From contig NC_068982.1 in assembly GCF_001194135.2 (NCBI RefSeq), forward strand, positions 8,379,051 through 8,423,219: a stretch of 44,169 bases of DNA, written 5' to 3'. The notes beneath the pieces were generated by a model that did no database searches, was not told the origin of the DNA, and saw only the letters and a program-made list of their open reading frames with translations. Origin of the DNA: Octopus bimaculoides (taxonomy: Eukaryota). Positions 10,650-23,139 of this stretch are shown here, piece after piece (within the stretch, counting starts at the first letter, position 1; every line of letters starts with the position of its first letter). The translations under genes and the position numbers were made by a program.

Positions 10650-11330
10650 CTACTTAAATAAGAACTTGAAAGAGAAATACTCAACATACCAGCAGAGTCT
10701 TATGCATCGGTACACGACTCGCAAGCAAGGGAATGCCAGCGACGTTCACAGGAATAGCAACCTTTCTTGAAACTGTAATAAGTACATCTCATCTCACTTA
10801 GAAGGCAGAATATAACTACTAACTGACTTAACAACAAAAGCGATAATGATGCTCTAAATTTCCCCACTCTGGCAGAAGTTATCGATTATTCCATACTAAT
10901 GTGTAGGATAGAACTTATATCAATAACTGTCCAGAAATGTCTGTAAGATACCACCTTCCCATGAGACATGGCATAGTCGCTAAGACGGTTTATAATGCTA
11001 CATAGAAATATTCTTTCGGTAGCCATAACAAAGGCGCACCAGGACCAGAACATATCCACACCATTAATAGCAAGGAAGGTTTGATAGAACGCTCCAATAA
11101 AAACAGTAACCTGGTGTAAGCACAACGGGCCAGATATAAATGTATGGGTCAAGGGACAAAAGCTGTGTAGTATTGTAGAGATCAGGTGACCAGCTGGTGT
11201 AAATGACACTTTAAAAAATTGTGTAAAGCAGAACATTTACGAAGTTCTGATGACAAATCTACAGCTCTTACACCTAAGAGACAGTTTTATATGCTCAGGT
11301 CTTCATCGATGCAAGGGTCGTCGGGACAAC
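10650..11330 (+). mobile_element. RLE-type LINE (R4/Dong-like) C-terminal remnant
   Basis: CPEMSVRYHLPMRHGIVAKTVYNA (CCHC end plus RHD-like motif, 10928 onward) and KHNGPDINVWVKGQKLCSIVEI (PD..D/E-x-K nuclease, PD at 11130), with stops. Confidence 0.8.
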
Positions 11331-13403
11331 AAATCTGCATTGAAAAATATACATACTTCAGTTCTCCAGAGCAGATTGGTTCGCATTTTCATAGAATCTG
11401 AAATAGTGAGAAGTTAAGACATTTCAGAAGATCATATATAAATATGAAATACATATGAACGAAAGCGTATAAACAGTTATGAAACTGGTTGTATCCTGAT
11501 TCACTTCCCCATAAGCACAGGTTTATCTACATCTACACATATACACTCAACAAGCACACATAAATGCAGAAAAAAATGCAGCTAAACACAATACACAAGA
11601 GCAGTCTTAATTGAAATAGAAGAGTCTTACCAGTCTGTTAATGACCAGTTTGAATTCTGAAAATGAAAGACTTACCATATATCACAAAGACACATGTATA
11701 TATACATGCATATGTATATATCTATCTATCTATCTATCTATATATNNNNNNNNNNNNNNNNNNNNNNNNNNNNNNNNNNNNNNNNNNNNNNNNNNNNNNN
11801 NNNNNNNNNNNNNNNNNNNNNNNNNNNNNNNNNNNNNNNNNNNNNNNNNNNNNNNNTATATATATAACTGCATACATGATATAGGAAAGTGAAAATGTAT
11901 CTTATAGGAGAATATGTTTGAATTACTTTTAAACTTTCGCCTTTCTCTTGTTTATACGCTTCAGCCGTTGAAGAGATTTTAAGTAATTGATGAATGTTCT
12001 TGATGTTGGTCAACATCATCAAATTAACTATTTCAATATAACCACTGTTTTAATATCAATATAACGTACTGCACCTTCCTACAATATCAGAACAACGAAC
12101 AATGTCGCGAGGGATTTTTAATGCTTGTTGAGGGAGACGTGTCTAATTGAAGAATTTGTGTTGAATGTACGATAATTGAAATAAAGTGTATATAAACAAA
12201 TGTAAGGCGATTTTACGGGAAATGTTTCCATTAAATAGATATGGACAACTGTGACGCTCGTACATTGGCATGCTAGGTTTGCTTTGCTCTGAAAGTATTT
12301 ATTTCAATAAATGCCTTTCACAGTTTTCAACTTCAGTTTCGCTTAACGAATAATGGTTTTAGATTTGTTCTCATGGTTGTAACGTATGGCTTACTTATAT
12401 TCGTTTATATAATTTAGTGAAACTAAGGAGGTTTCCTTCACTAATGAGACAGGCATGTCACGTCTATTGCTAGAGAAATAACTACGTCAATATTTTCCCC
12501 TAATAATGTGTATATGATTATATTAAAGAATGGACATTTTCACCTTGGTTTCACTTTTTCACTTACCTTCTCTCTGCATTTTTGTTTTGACAGTTAGACC
12601 GTTATATCCTCACATACAGCGATGCCTTCATACTTATGCATATAAATGAAAATTTGACTTTTTATTTTTGAAATTTAACCACCTGTTATGTTATCTACAC
12701 ATTATTTGTTTCACATAACACTTTTTAAGATCTTTATTTTTTATGGTGGAAAGTCTAAAACATGGCGAAAAACGGCTTAGTATAAAGGACTATGAAGAAG
12801 GAAGGATTAAGACGAAAGGAATTAATTTATTTAAGACCTGAAAGAGTTCAGGTCATAAAAAAAGGAGGAAAGAATGAGGGGGAAGAGGGTTCCAAAGTTT
12901 GGCAGTTCGAGGAAAACTCTATGAGTGTAGAAAGACTTCCTTTTTAAATACTTCAATGGCTAGGGTTTTGCTTTGCTCCTGACTAAAAAAAATAAACACC
13001 AAAAACAAAACAGCTATTGCTCTGTTGTTTTGTGAGGGAATTATGAGAATGATGCTGTTCATATTTCTCATTGTATATCTGAAAATTAAAATTCTTTGTT
13101 AGCAGCATATTTCTTTGAACACTTGAAGTTTGGTTTCCTTGAAAGTTACGTCTCTCAGTTTCCCTATAAAATACGTTCAGCACTTATCAGAGCGTACTCG
13201 TTCAAATCGTATACAGGAATGTTGTTGTGGGATGCTGTGGGAGATATATCATCAAAATGTGGTAAACATACAGGGGTGGAGAAACGATCACGTTTCCTGG
13301 TTATGTTTGCCGTGATAATGTCCGTTGAGCCTCATTACCCTGCAACCTGCCAACTACATTTTTTTAATTCACGCAACGAGTGTGAAAGAACTTGATAGTC
13401 GAA

Positions 13404-13441
<38 letters not shown>

Positions 13442-13748
13442 NNNNNNNNNNNNNNNNNNNNNNNNNNNNNNNNNNNNNNNNNNNNNNNNNNNNNNNNNNN
13501 NNNNNNNNNNNNNNNNNNNNNNNNNNNNNNNNNNNNNNNNNNNNNNNNNNNNNNNNNNNNNNNNNNNNNNNNNNNNNNNNNNNNNNNNNNNNNNNNNNNN
13601 NNNNNNNNNNNNNNNNNNNNNNNNNNNNNNNNNNNNNNNNNNNNNNNNNNNNNNNNNNNNNNNNNNNNNNNNNNNNNNNNNNNNNNNNNNNNNNNNNNNN
13701 NNNNNNNNNNNNNNNNNNNNNNNNNNNNNNNNNNNNNNNNNNNNNNNN

Positions 13749-13787
<39 letters not shown>

Positions 13788-14704
13788 AAATATATATCAT
13801 TATTATAGCCTGAAATTGTATGTATTTTCATGCTTTTATTCACCTTGCTTTATTGTTAGACAAGCAATTTCAATCATTCTATACCTACAAGTATTGTATA
13901 TTGTATATTTATCGTTAAGTTCTATCAGTTATTGTAACAAGTGTGGAGAAGTCTATGCATCTCTGTTGCAGTAGTAATATGAAATAAAATGAGCTTGTCT
14001 ACTATAAGTAAATATAGGTTAAAACAAAATTAAATATAGTATAATACATATATTTTCTACAGATTATATTAAGCCACTGTGATTTTTAGTGTTTTCGTTA
14101 TGTAATTTCCGGTTCGCTTTCTGTCGTGTGAAATAATTTGCTTCAATGGCTTTTTATTGTGAATATTTAGAAAGTCGGCAGGAAAGACTTAATATATATT
14201 AATGAGAGTATAAAATTCTGTTTCATAAGATTATGAACTTTCGACTTTAAGTAATATTGTATCTTACATTTACCATACGAAATTCGTTCATATGCTCGTA
14301 TGTTCATATGCTCACAGTTTTGAATTTTACACGATATATCTATAAATCTAAAGCTTGACTACCTGGTTCTTAAAACCTTAATGGGTACGTTATGCAATCA
14401 TGCATCGGATAACGGATTTGCAACAATTACATTTGATAGCCATCACTCGAATCACACACTTTAATCCTTCTTTCCAACAGATCTTAAAATGTTATAGTAC
14501 AAACCAATTCCCTAATCTTTTAGTCCATTCTTACTGGAATGTGGTCTTGTTATTATACATATCGATCTGACTGCTTATTCCAGTCTGGTACTTATTGAAT
14601 GGATCTATTTCTGGAACCGCAATAATACTAGAAATAAAAGAGAAAAATAAAAAGAAAACTAGACACGTTATCACACGACGTCCTCCCCACAAAAACATGT
14701 ATCT

Positions 14705-14765
14705 GTATATATATATATATATATATATATAAGCAGGTATAAATACATTATCTATCTATCTATCT

Positions 14766-14782
<17 letters not shown>
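14705..14782. repeat. (TA)n, (TATC)n, (CATC)n microsatellites
   Basis: Read directly. Confidence 0.9.
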
Positions 14783-14799
<17 letters not shown>

Positions 14800-15814
14800 G
14801 TGTGCGTTTGTACAAATATAAATAATTCATCAATAAAAATATTACACTGGCCCACAAATTCTCACTTTTTTTCTGCTGACCTAAGTTTGAGACCTGTTTT
14901 GGGGGTAATTTGGGGTCGCTGTGTTTAAAAATGGCAATAGTTTTTTTTTATCACGTTTATTATTTTCAATGGGCGGGCCCATATTGGCCCCCACCCGTAG
15001 CTCCATGGTGGGAGCTAGTATTGTTATAGTAGATTAATGCCAATAATATTAATATTAATAGTATGCATATAATCCACCTACAGTAATGGGTGTATATATT
15101 CTTAAGGTCAACGTTTAGTCTAGGCTTTAGCTCTGATTCAGTTCTCAACCAAATTGAATGCGTTTTTAGCAATGATAGTCCAGTAATAAGTTACGCTCTG
15201 AGATGAAATAATTAAAATATGGTTCATTACACAAATAGTTAAGTTGAAATATGTGATGTATAAAATGGGGGAGTAAGACGTAAAAATGACTTAGAATTAA
15301 AATATCTCAGTTAATTCAAGAGACAAGTATAAATAAATTTGGCTTAAAAGAATACGTTCATTGACAAAAATCTTTTGGTGAAAACCTCGTTAAAAAATAT
15401 TAGCTTAAAAAAAGTAGTGTGGTCTTAAGTGATCAACAATAATTGTGTTCAAACGAGAGAGCCCTATGAGAGGAATCTTGTAGTAAAAACCTCGGCAAAA
15501 GATATTAGCTGCAACACAAGTGGTGTGGCTTTAAGTGACGATAAATCAAGTTCACTTTAACAAATCAAAATATTTTTGTCATTTTAAGATGTTTAGCATT
15601 GAAAGGAATCGTCTGCTGTAAGGGATGAATTAACATAATCATACAGACGGGTAGCTGAAATTCGATGCATTGTAGTGTTTTTGCTTGGCCACTTTATTTT
15701 CCCATTCTCTAAGGGTATTTACTCGCTTCTTCTAAGTTATTCTTAAAGGTTGTCTGTGTCCGAGATTCCTAACTCTTTCGGCGCTTACTGGCCGATGCAT
15801 TGATTTTTTTAAGG

Positions 15815-15968
<154 letters not shown>

Positions 15969-16239
15969 NNNNNNNNNNNNNNNNNNNNNNNNNNNNNNNN
16001 NNNNNNNNNNNNNNNNNNNNNNNNNNNNNNNNNNNNNNNNNNNNNNNNNNNNNNNNNNNNNNNNNNNNNNNNNNNNNNNNNNNNNNNNNNNNNNNNNNNN
16101 NNNNNNNNNNNNNNNNNNNNNNNNNNNNNNNNNNNNNNNNNNNNNNNNNNNNNNNNNNNNNNNNNNNNNNNNNNNNNNNNNNNNATTATATATATATATA
16201 TTATATACAACTGGCTCCTTTCAGTTTCCTTTAACCAGG

Positions 16240-16347
16240 TCCACTGACAGGGTTTGCACCAGTTTTTAGTAGAAGAACCCTGACCAGATGCAATGCAGTG
16301 GGACTGAACCTAGGAACATGTGGTTGGGAAGGAAATTTCCTACCACT
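16240..16347 (-). mobile_element. Diverged SINE family A head
   Basis: GCAGTGGGACTGAACC..CATGTGGTTGGGAAG..TACCAC matches the reverse complement of the 4942 head. Confidence 0.7.
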
Positions 16348-16384
16348 TTTGCTCCTACATATGCATTTAGAAAGATAGATAGTT

Positions 16385-16387
<3 letters not shown>

Positions 16388-16437
<50 letters not shown>
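16388..16437. repeat. (GA)n microsatellite
   Basis: Read directly. Confidence 0.95.
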
Positions 16438-16440
<3 letters not shown>

Positions 16441-16903
16441 GGTGATTAGCTTGCAATGTTTAAAAACGGTGGAATAAAAGATTAAAAAAATTGCAGTTGA
16501 ATTCTTATAATATATGAATGCATTTAGATTCTTAATTATAGGATGAAATATAATGAATTACATGTGATGATACTTTAACTATTTTATCATGTATATATTT
16601 AAAGATAGATTTAATGTGTATGATAATAGATGTTATCACGGTGTATATAAACAGTATACTTACATATACGGACGTATACACACATATATATGCACGTATG
16701 TACACGACTAGCTTAAATAGCCCGCCTAAAACCTCCTCGTGCGAATACGGACAGAATATCAGCGCAGTAAATACACTGACAAAACTAATTTATATAAATA
16801 AGCATAAGATCGATATTTAAAATATTGATCTTATCAAGTGGTCAGCATGGGAATAAAAACCATCAAAGGTAATAATTATTTGTATTTACGTACATCTGAG
16901 TAT

Positions 16904-16962
16904 ATTCCACCGATGAAGGCAAAGCATTATTTATGCAAAGCCAGAAATCCAGGATCTGGAAT
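16904..16962 (+). ncRNA. Type I hammerhead ribozyme-like motif (U4C core variant, dimer-type stem III)
   Basis: ATTCCA-CCGATGA-A[GGC-AAA-GCAT-TATTT-ATGC-AAA-GCC]A-GAAA-TCC-A-GGA-TC-TGGAAT. All three stems can be paired by hand, with predicted cleavage after C16956 (AUC). Activity is untested. Confidence 0.6.
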
Positions 16963-17018
16963 TATCTTGTTATTTTTACTGGTTTATTTGGTCTTCGTCT
17001 TCGCTCCTNNNNNNNNNN

Positions 17019-17070
<52 letters not shown>

Positions 17071-17131
17071 CGTGTGCGTGTGCGTGCGTGTGTGTGTGTG
17101 TCCGTGTGTGTGTATGTGTGTGTGTGTGTGT
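17019..17131. repeat. (TG)n/(TGCG)n microsatellite
   Basis: Read directly. Confidence 0.95.
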
Positions 17132-17139
17132 AGTACAAG

Positions 17140-17665
17140 ACAGGATTGCTTACACAAGATCAAAATCAACAGCCGAATCACTGAAACCTGAAACTTTATT
17201 AGAGATTTCCTAAAAAACTTTCAATATGAATACCTTACTAATGCTTTCAATGAAATGGAACATGAAACACGGATCTACAGATCTGAAATCCCTTCTTACG
17301 GAACATCATCAAAATGAAAACCAAAGTGGAACTCCTGAAATGGATTCCCACAACTTAAATTCAATCACACAAATATATTAAAAGAATAGAATGAACTCAA
17401 CTTGCAAAAAGAAGCATACAAAAAGACAAGTCAGATGAAAACAATCTGGAACAGCATATTAAATAAAATAAAACAAGCACATTGGAGAGCCCTACAAAAT
17501 GAGAACTTAGCCAACACATACGAAGAGCGGAGGAACAGAGAACAAGTAAAACTCTCAAGAAAATTTCGTATCAAAGAAATAACGTCGGAAACGAATGAAG
17601 AAACAAAGATTCGCCTTAATCTAGAACTACAAAATTTGAAGTTGAAATCACACATCGATAAAATA
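17140..17665 (+). mobile_element. Retroelement-like N-terminal coding remnant, family undetermined
   Basis: ORF 17402-17683 (IWNSILNKIKQAHWRALQNENLANTYEE..LSRKFRIKEITSE) is A-rich and protein-like and runs into a SINE. It resembles N-terminal regions of invertebrate retroelement ORFs from recall; no catalytic motif. Confidence 0.35.
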
Positions 17666-17775
17666 AGTACTAGGCTTATATAATAGTATAGGAGTCGTTT
17701 CATTTGACTAAAAACCTCTTCAAGGCGGTACCCCAGCATGGCTGCATTCTAATAACTGAAATGATAGGAGATAAA
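17665..17775 (+). mobile_element. SINE family A 3' half, diverged
   Basis: AATAAGTACTAGGCTT...AAGGCGGTACCCCAGCATGGCTGCA..ACTGAAA matches 5488-5580. Confidence 0.7.
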
Positions 17776-18087
17776 AGATACTTTAATTTATACGTATATA
17801 TGTACAAATATACAATCAATTCTACCCTTATATATGTATGTAAATAATCTATTAATATCAAACTTGCTTGTAACTAATTTGATTTCGAAATTAATAATAT
17901 TGTCCATCTCACTTTTATTTATATATAATTAATTACCTCACACATAATTTGTTTGTAAAAGTACTTTTATACAGCAATTGAAAATTAATTAATTTAAAGC
18001 AATCTCGAAATGACACATGATTTGAAAACTCAATCACTGATATGATTTCAGAGCTAAATTATTTTAAACAAATCTACCGGATTCTAA

Positions 18088-18215
18088 TCTTTACCTTTTA
18101 CTTTTTACTTGTTTCACTCATTAGACTGCGGCTATTCTGGGGTAACCCCTTGACGAATTTTGGTCGAACAAATCGACCTCAGTACTCATGAAAAAAAAAA
18201 AAAATTTTAAGCCTT
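18088..18215 (-). mobile_element. SINE family A-type 3' half, diverged
   Basis: TTTTACTTGTTTCACTCATTAGACTGCGGCTATTCTGGGG..AAATCGACCTCAGTACT is the reverse complement of the family A tail. Confidence 0.7.
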
Positions 18216-18299
18216 ATACATATTTATTGGTAATAATTAATTTTCTTAGACATAACGCTTAATTTAGGCACAGTTTCATACGGTCCCTGCTGCAAACCA

Positions 18300-18480
18300 A
18301 CTGAAAGGCTGTTGTACATCAACACAAACCCCTTCCACTTGTCTATAGTGTTTAAAGACCTTGTAAAGTGTGTCAGTAGTATCATGTCGAATCTATCTTA
18401 AAGAACAATGTATTTTGAAGAATCAGCCGCCGATTATAACAAGACATTGGCAGCCAGCGAGTTATCGAAGAGTTTATCTT
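18300..18480 (+). mobile_element. Penelope-like element RT thumb remnant
   Basis: LLYINTNPFH..FKDLVKCVSSIMSNLS and EESAADYNKTLAAS resemble PLE PLYINxxSNHP and FxxAAPxYNxALxxSG. Confidence 0.6.
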
Positions 18481-19553
18481 AATAATATAGTGATATCTTT
18501 TTAATGGAGCATAACGAAGCTATCTCCAGTACATTGTTAAATTCTATCATAACAATTAAATGTAAACTCTGTAGAAGAAACATGATTCCAATTTTGGCCG
18601 CAACTCAAATCACCGAGGTCTTACTATTAAGCTACAAATTTTCCGCAACTCTAGCATTGAACATTGTACAACTTGATAAACCATAATAGACTGCTGTTGA
18701 TTTTATAACTAATTAATTTTCATTCTTCGTCTAAATTATAATTATTTTTTACCAGTAAAAAGCAGTAACATTAAACTATCTAGAAGTCACAAAATTGAAA
18801 TTATGTCTCTTTGCATTGTAAATATGGCAGCGAGATCGTGCTATGTCTTATACAATAGCATGAAAGCATCACTGTAGTTTATTTAATAAAATTAAATATC
18901 GCTATCTAATAAAATATCTATAATAACATTAAATCCATGATTCACAATTTTTATTTGCATGTATGTGATTAAATTTTTGTAATCAATCTCAACTAATGTA
19001 CAAGTATTTTAAATCACTGGAATTTTCTTAATCATGTACTAATAATGCAATTATATTCTCATACTATTGCCTTCTTTTTTTTTCAATAAAATATATCTAT
19101 TAGCTAATTAAACTCTTATTAAATTATTAGCGCATATCATCATACATTTCTAGTAATCGAAGCTGCAGTGTAATTCTTATGTAGTCTATGGTAAATTTAC
19201 TGACTAATTAGGTTGTATGGCCGACCCTCATGCCAATTCTTATGCCAATAGTTCGCCACCTTATAAACTCAGTTTCTCAGAATCTAAAGAAATGTATATT
19301 GTTTTCTAAAACTGAATAAACACTACGTCCTTAATTCAATTTTATGGTTGTTATTATTCCATTATTTTAAACAATGATTTTCGGTAGTGTATGGCCCAGA
19401 GTATGACACGAAATTAAGGAAACTTAATTTCAGGGTGTGTGACTGTTTACGGATTGGGATTACTGCAGTTATACCGAGAAAGTAATAAACGTAACAGCTT
19501 CTAATGTCCGCCATAGACAATAATGTTTTTCCTTGGACAAAAAACTTACGGCT

Positions 19554-19689
19554 TTTGTTTTTGAAATTATATACTCTAAATTTATTTATCAGTTTCATCC
19601 ACAGATTTTGGCCATAATGGCGTTTGTTTTTGAAATTATATACTCTAAATTTATTTATCAGTTTCATCCACAGACTTTGGCCATAATGG
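19554..19689. repeat. Tandem duplication, 67-bp unit, period 69
   Basis: 19554-19620 versus 19623-19689, one mismatch. Confidence 0.95.
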
Positions 19690-20353
19690 GGCCCCTTATC
19701 TTATTTAATGGAGTCAATGGTTCGCTTCTTGTCATCGGTGGTTAACTAATTAATATATATATATCTATCTTTCTCTGTGAAGTTTCGAACAACGGATGGG
19801 TACTGTATTCAGATATAGCTTTCGAAGTAAGAATCAGTACCAAATCAGTTGCATTTCATTAAAAGGCAGTACTAATTCTTCCGCTAAGGTTGGACAATTA
19901 TAATTAGTCTATACCATATAAGACCGAAATGGATTATACATCAATAAGTATTTTCTTATCTATGAAACGATCAATTGTATAGTCTATTGTGTGGAATGTT
20001 TATAAAAACCAGTGGCAACAGGAACTGAGGTCAATTGATATTTTCATTTTGGGGTTCTGATCAAATATTTTTAGAATAAAAACGTATTTCTATTTTTCAG
20101 CATTAGCAGTATCTACAGCAAGCTTACTCACGGTGATTAGAAAACGTGTGCAAGTTTAACTGATATTATTTCATCGCTTTGTCGAGAACTTAATGGAGGA
20201 AAATTGCAAAAAGAATTATACCAAATATTCTCTTACGAGGGATTGGTAAAATGTTTCTGTCTTTAGGTAACAGAAAATACAGGAGGATCAGTTAGTTATG
20301 ATTTTATCCAACTTAGTCTCCTCTCAAATTCACACACGTACTGTAGCGTTCCT

Positions 20354-20570
20354 TCAGTTTTCTAAACCCTGTGAAGGAATTCCGAAGGTTGGGTCTCCAA
20401 CCAGGAGTTTCGCGATATCCTTAAAGCCAGGAACATTCAGTACTCCCTCATACTTGTTCTGATCACTACATTTAGCACTGTTATGGGTATTTCTAATGTC
20501 GTAAACGTTGGAAATGCTCACACCCAATTTTGTTTTATCCAAGCATAGGATCGCTGTCCTTTGATAATTA
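20354..20570 (-). mobile_element. Possible APE endonuclease remnant of an RTE/CR1-type LINE
   Basis: RTAILCLDKTKLGVSISNVY-x34-GD (LLVGD) fits the (S/N)VYAP...GDFN spacing of LINE endonucleases, but the motifs are degenerate. Confidence 0.4.
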
Positions 20571-20609
20571 AATTATCAATCAATATTCAGGAGCCATTTA
20601 CTGTTTATA

Positions 20610-20722
20610 TGTACACACACACGCACGCACTCACACACACACACACGCACACACAAACACGCACGCACACACATACAAGCACGCACGCATACACACACGC
20701 ACAGGCACGCACACACACACAT
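20610..20722. repeat. Imperfect (CA)n/(CACG)n microsatellite
   Basis: Read directly. Confidence 0.9.
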
Positions 20723-21353
20723 ATACATTTATATTGTATTAGTGTATAATTACTATAAAACTATGTTCATTTAATTTAAGACTATTAAAATGTCGTTGAG
20801 TCTCAATATATTTTTATTTTAACGCAATATTCATAAATGGAATGAATTTGCGTAAAAATATCATATTATATTAGACTATATATATGTTTTATACACACAC
20901 ACATATATGATAGATGATATATATATATATATATATATACTTTTAAATTATATCTATAAGTGTGAGTATAAAACTTATATACATACACACACACACATAA
21001 ACACTAATACATATGAAACAGTGATTTATCGCAATGAGCCGGATAAACTATTTCATCTGGTCATAATATTGCAATATGAACGTAACGTCGCTCCTGTTTC
21101 AAATATAACATACACAAAACTGATGACAAAAATATATACTTTCATACTTAAAATGGACATACACATTTTAAGTGAATATTCAGTTTTGATATGGCCCCTG
21201 CATGGTTAGCTTTAGGAGAAAAGTTTTGAAGTCATAATTTACATCTGCTTATTTCGTGCGTTTTAATCCATATGCACACAGCGTTTGTTTTTATATATGT
21301 ATTGCTCTTTCCCTCTTTTCCACTGTATCGTTTTCGTTGTTTTGTTTTATATT

Positions 21354-21420
<67 letters not shown>

Positions 21421-21444
21421 TAGATAGATAGATATATATATATA

Positions 21445-21650
21445 TAGTTAAAAAAAACAATAACAAAAAAACAAAAAACAACAAAGTGAGGACGTGATAT
21501 GGATAGTATTATTGGACGCTCAGGAAAGGAAAGAGAGAGTGTATGACGTTTCGGGCGTAACCCTTCGTCGGAAAGATGGAAAGTTCGGAGAATGGAAGAA
21601 CGGAGAAAGAGGAAAATGGTACCGATACACATGTAAATACACTCCGACAT
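21445..21650 (-). mobile_element. PLE-type terminal repeat fragment with degenerate hammerhead-like motif
   Basis: Minus strand CCGACGA-A-GGGT-TAC-GCCC-GAAAC-GTC (21571-21545), then a T-rich tail running into (TA)n. It lies inverted next to the PLE RT remnant. Confidence 0.6.
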
Positions 21651-21669
21651 ATATACCTCACAAAACAAT

Positions 21670-22330
21670 CTCTTAAAATCATTGACTTCTCCCCGTCCAC
21701 CAGAAAAGAAGCATTACTAAGATATCATACATGGCCAAGAGGTTCAACAGCATCATTCATCAAGAACAAGACATCATTTTGAATGCAAATAAATCAGTCT
21801 TTTTCCACGATAAGGCAGCCTGGATAAGAAAGGAAAATAATAACCCATTTAATGTCACCACGGAATACTAAGACGGAGCGGAAACATGAACTTGTTGAGA
21901 AATACATCCTGGAATGTATAGATCAAATAGCTACCGAGTTCAGCATAAACCTATAGAAGGATAACTGTTTAGCCATATCTACAAACATGGACAGACATGA
22001 GATGGACAAGTTAAGAAATATTTTAATAAAGGTGTTTAAAGAACTTGACGTAGAGATAATTGTAGAAACACAGTTATCTGTATTAAGTTGCTTAGATGCG
22101 ATATTGAATCTGATAACCCGAAAGCTGTACACCTACAGAAAGCGCGATACATACATTTGAATTCAAACAACTCACCATGCATAATGAAAATTCAAGAACA
22201 AAATTTCGAAAATTTCATCTGAAAAGGAAATTCTCAACGAAGCAGCATCACTTTATAACGAAACCCCAAAATTTAACAAAGAGCTCCATACAAAAAGCGC
22301 TTACAAAAAGCACCACGTACCAGAAGCACA
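21670..22330 (+). mobile_element. Penelope-like element reverse transcriptase remnant
   Basis: KIIDFSPS (FDIVDFYPS), ILNANKSVFF..AWIRK..FNVTTEY*DGAET (FDVTMGSYDGAE), NL*KDNCLA (LYRDDGL), LDAILNL (FLDVTLNL); many stops. Confidence 0.85.
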
Positions 22331-22649
22331 GCAAACATTCACCAAACAAAAGAAACGTGCATATATATCCACATAGTCGCCATTTTTTTTTGTTTCAGTC
22401 AATATATAGAAGTGATGGTGTGACGCAACTATCAGAAGTTTAGTTGACCAAACCAAATCTAGTACATATGTTTTGTAAGATAGTTTCAGATTCTATGCAT
22501 CTCTTATTGCCGAACTTGTTGACGGGGCATGAACAAACCATAGAGATGTCACGTTGAAGAATGAAAATCACAAAGGCGTGGGAACACATATATCTAGGCG
22601 CCTGTGCGCTCGCACACACTGCCGCGGACGCATAGAGTCGATGAACTTA

Positions 22650-22800
22650 GTAAAATTTCCGCTTGCGAAATTCACGCATAACGCACTTGCTCATCATCAG
22701 GCTATAATAGAAAATATTTGTCAAAAAATGTCGCGCAATGGGATGAACCCGAAGTTGACCGGTTGCAAGGCGAGCAACTTAATTGTACAAACGTGCCTGC
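22650..22800 (-). mobile_element. Old diverged SINE family A head
   Basis: Reverse complement TTCGGGTTCATCCCATTGCGCGACA..TTCTATTATAGCC..GTGAATTT..GCGGAAA aligns loosely with the 4942 head. Confidence 0.55.
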
Positions 22801-23096
22801 ACCAGATTCACTCACGCACGCACGTACAAACACACGCATAGATATGTCCATATATATCTATCTATCTATATATATATATATAAATATATATATATNNNNN
22901 NNNNNNNNNNNNNNNNNNNNNNNNNNNNNNNNNNNNNNNNNNNNNNNNNNNNNNNNNNNNNNNNNNNNNNNNNNNNNNNNNNNNNNNNNNNNNNNNNNNN
23001 NNNNNNNNNNNNNNNNNNNNNNNNNNNNNNNNNNNNNNNNNNNNNNNNNNNNNNNNNNNNNNNNNNNNNNNNNNNNNNNNNNNNNNNNNNNNNNNN

Positions 23097-23139
<43 letters not shown>

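Noticed and set aside
14840-15020. TA-CACTGGCCCAC start and two small hairpins ending in CTAG-T (Tc1 MITE or Helitron end)
   Set aside because: No matching right TIR, and hairpin spacing does not fit a Helitron 3' end; too weak to call.
19554-19689. Repeat pair as a possible CRISPR array
   Set aside because: Only two adjacent 67-bp units with a 2-bp gap, no unique spacers or cas genes, in eukaryotic context.
20380-20445. Plus-frame SNQEFRDILKARNIQY resembling an integrase core
   Set aside because: It lacks the DNG and YHPQSNG flanks; the minus-frame APE reading fits motif spacing better, though that call is also weak.
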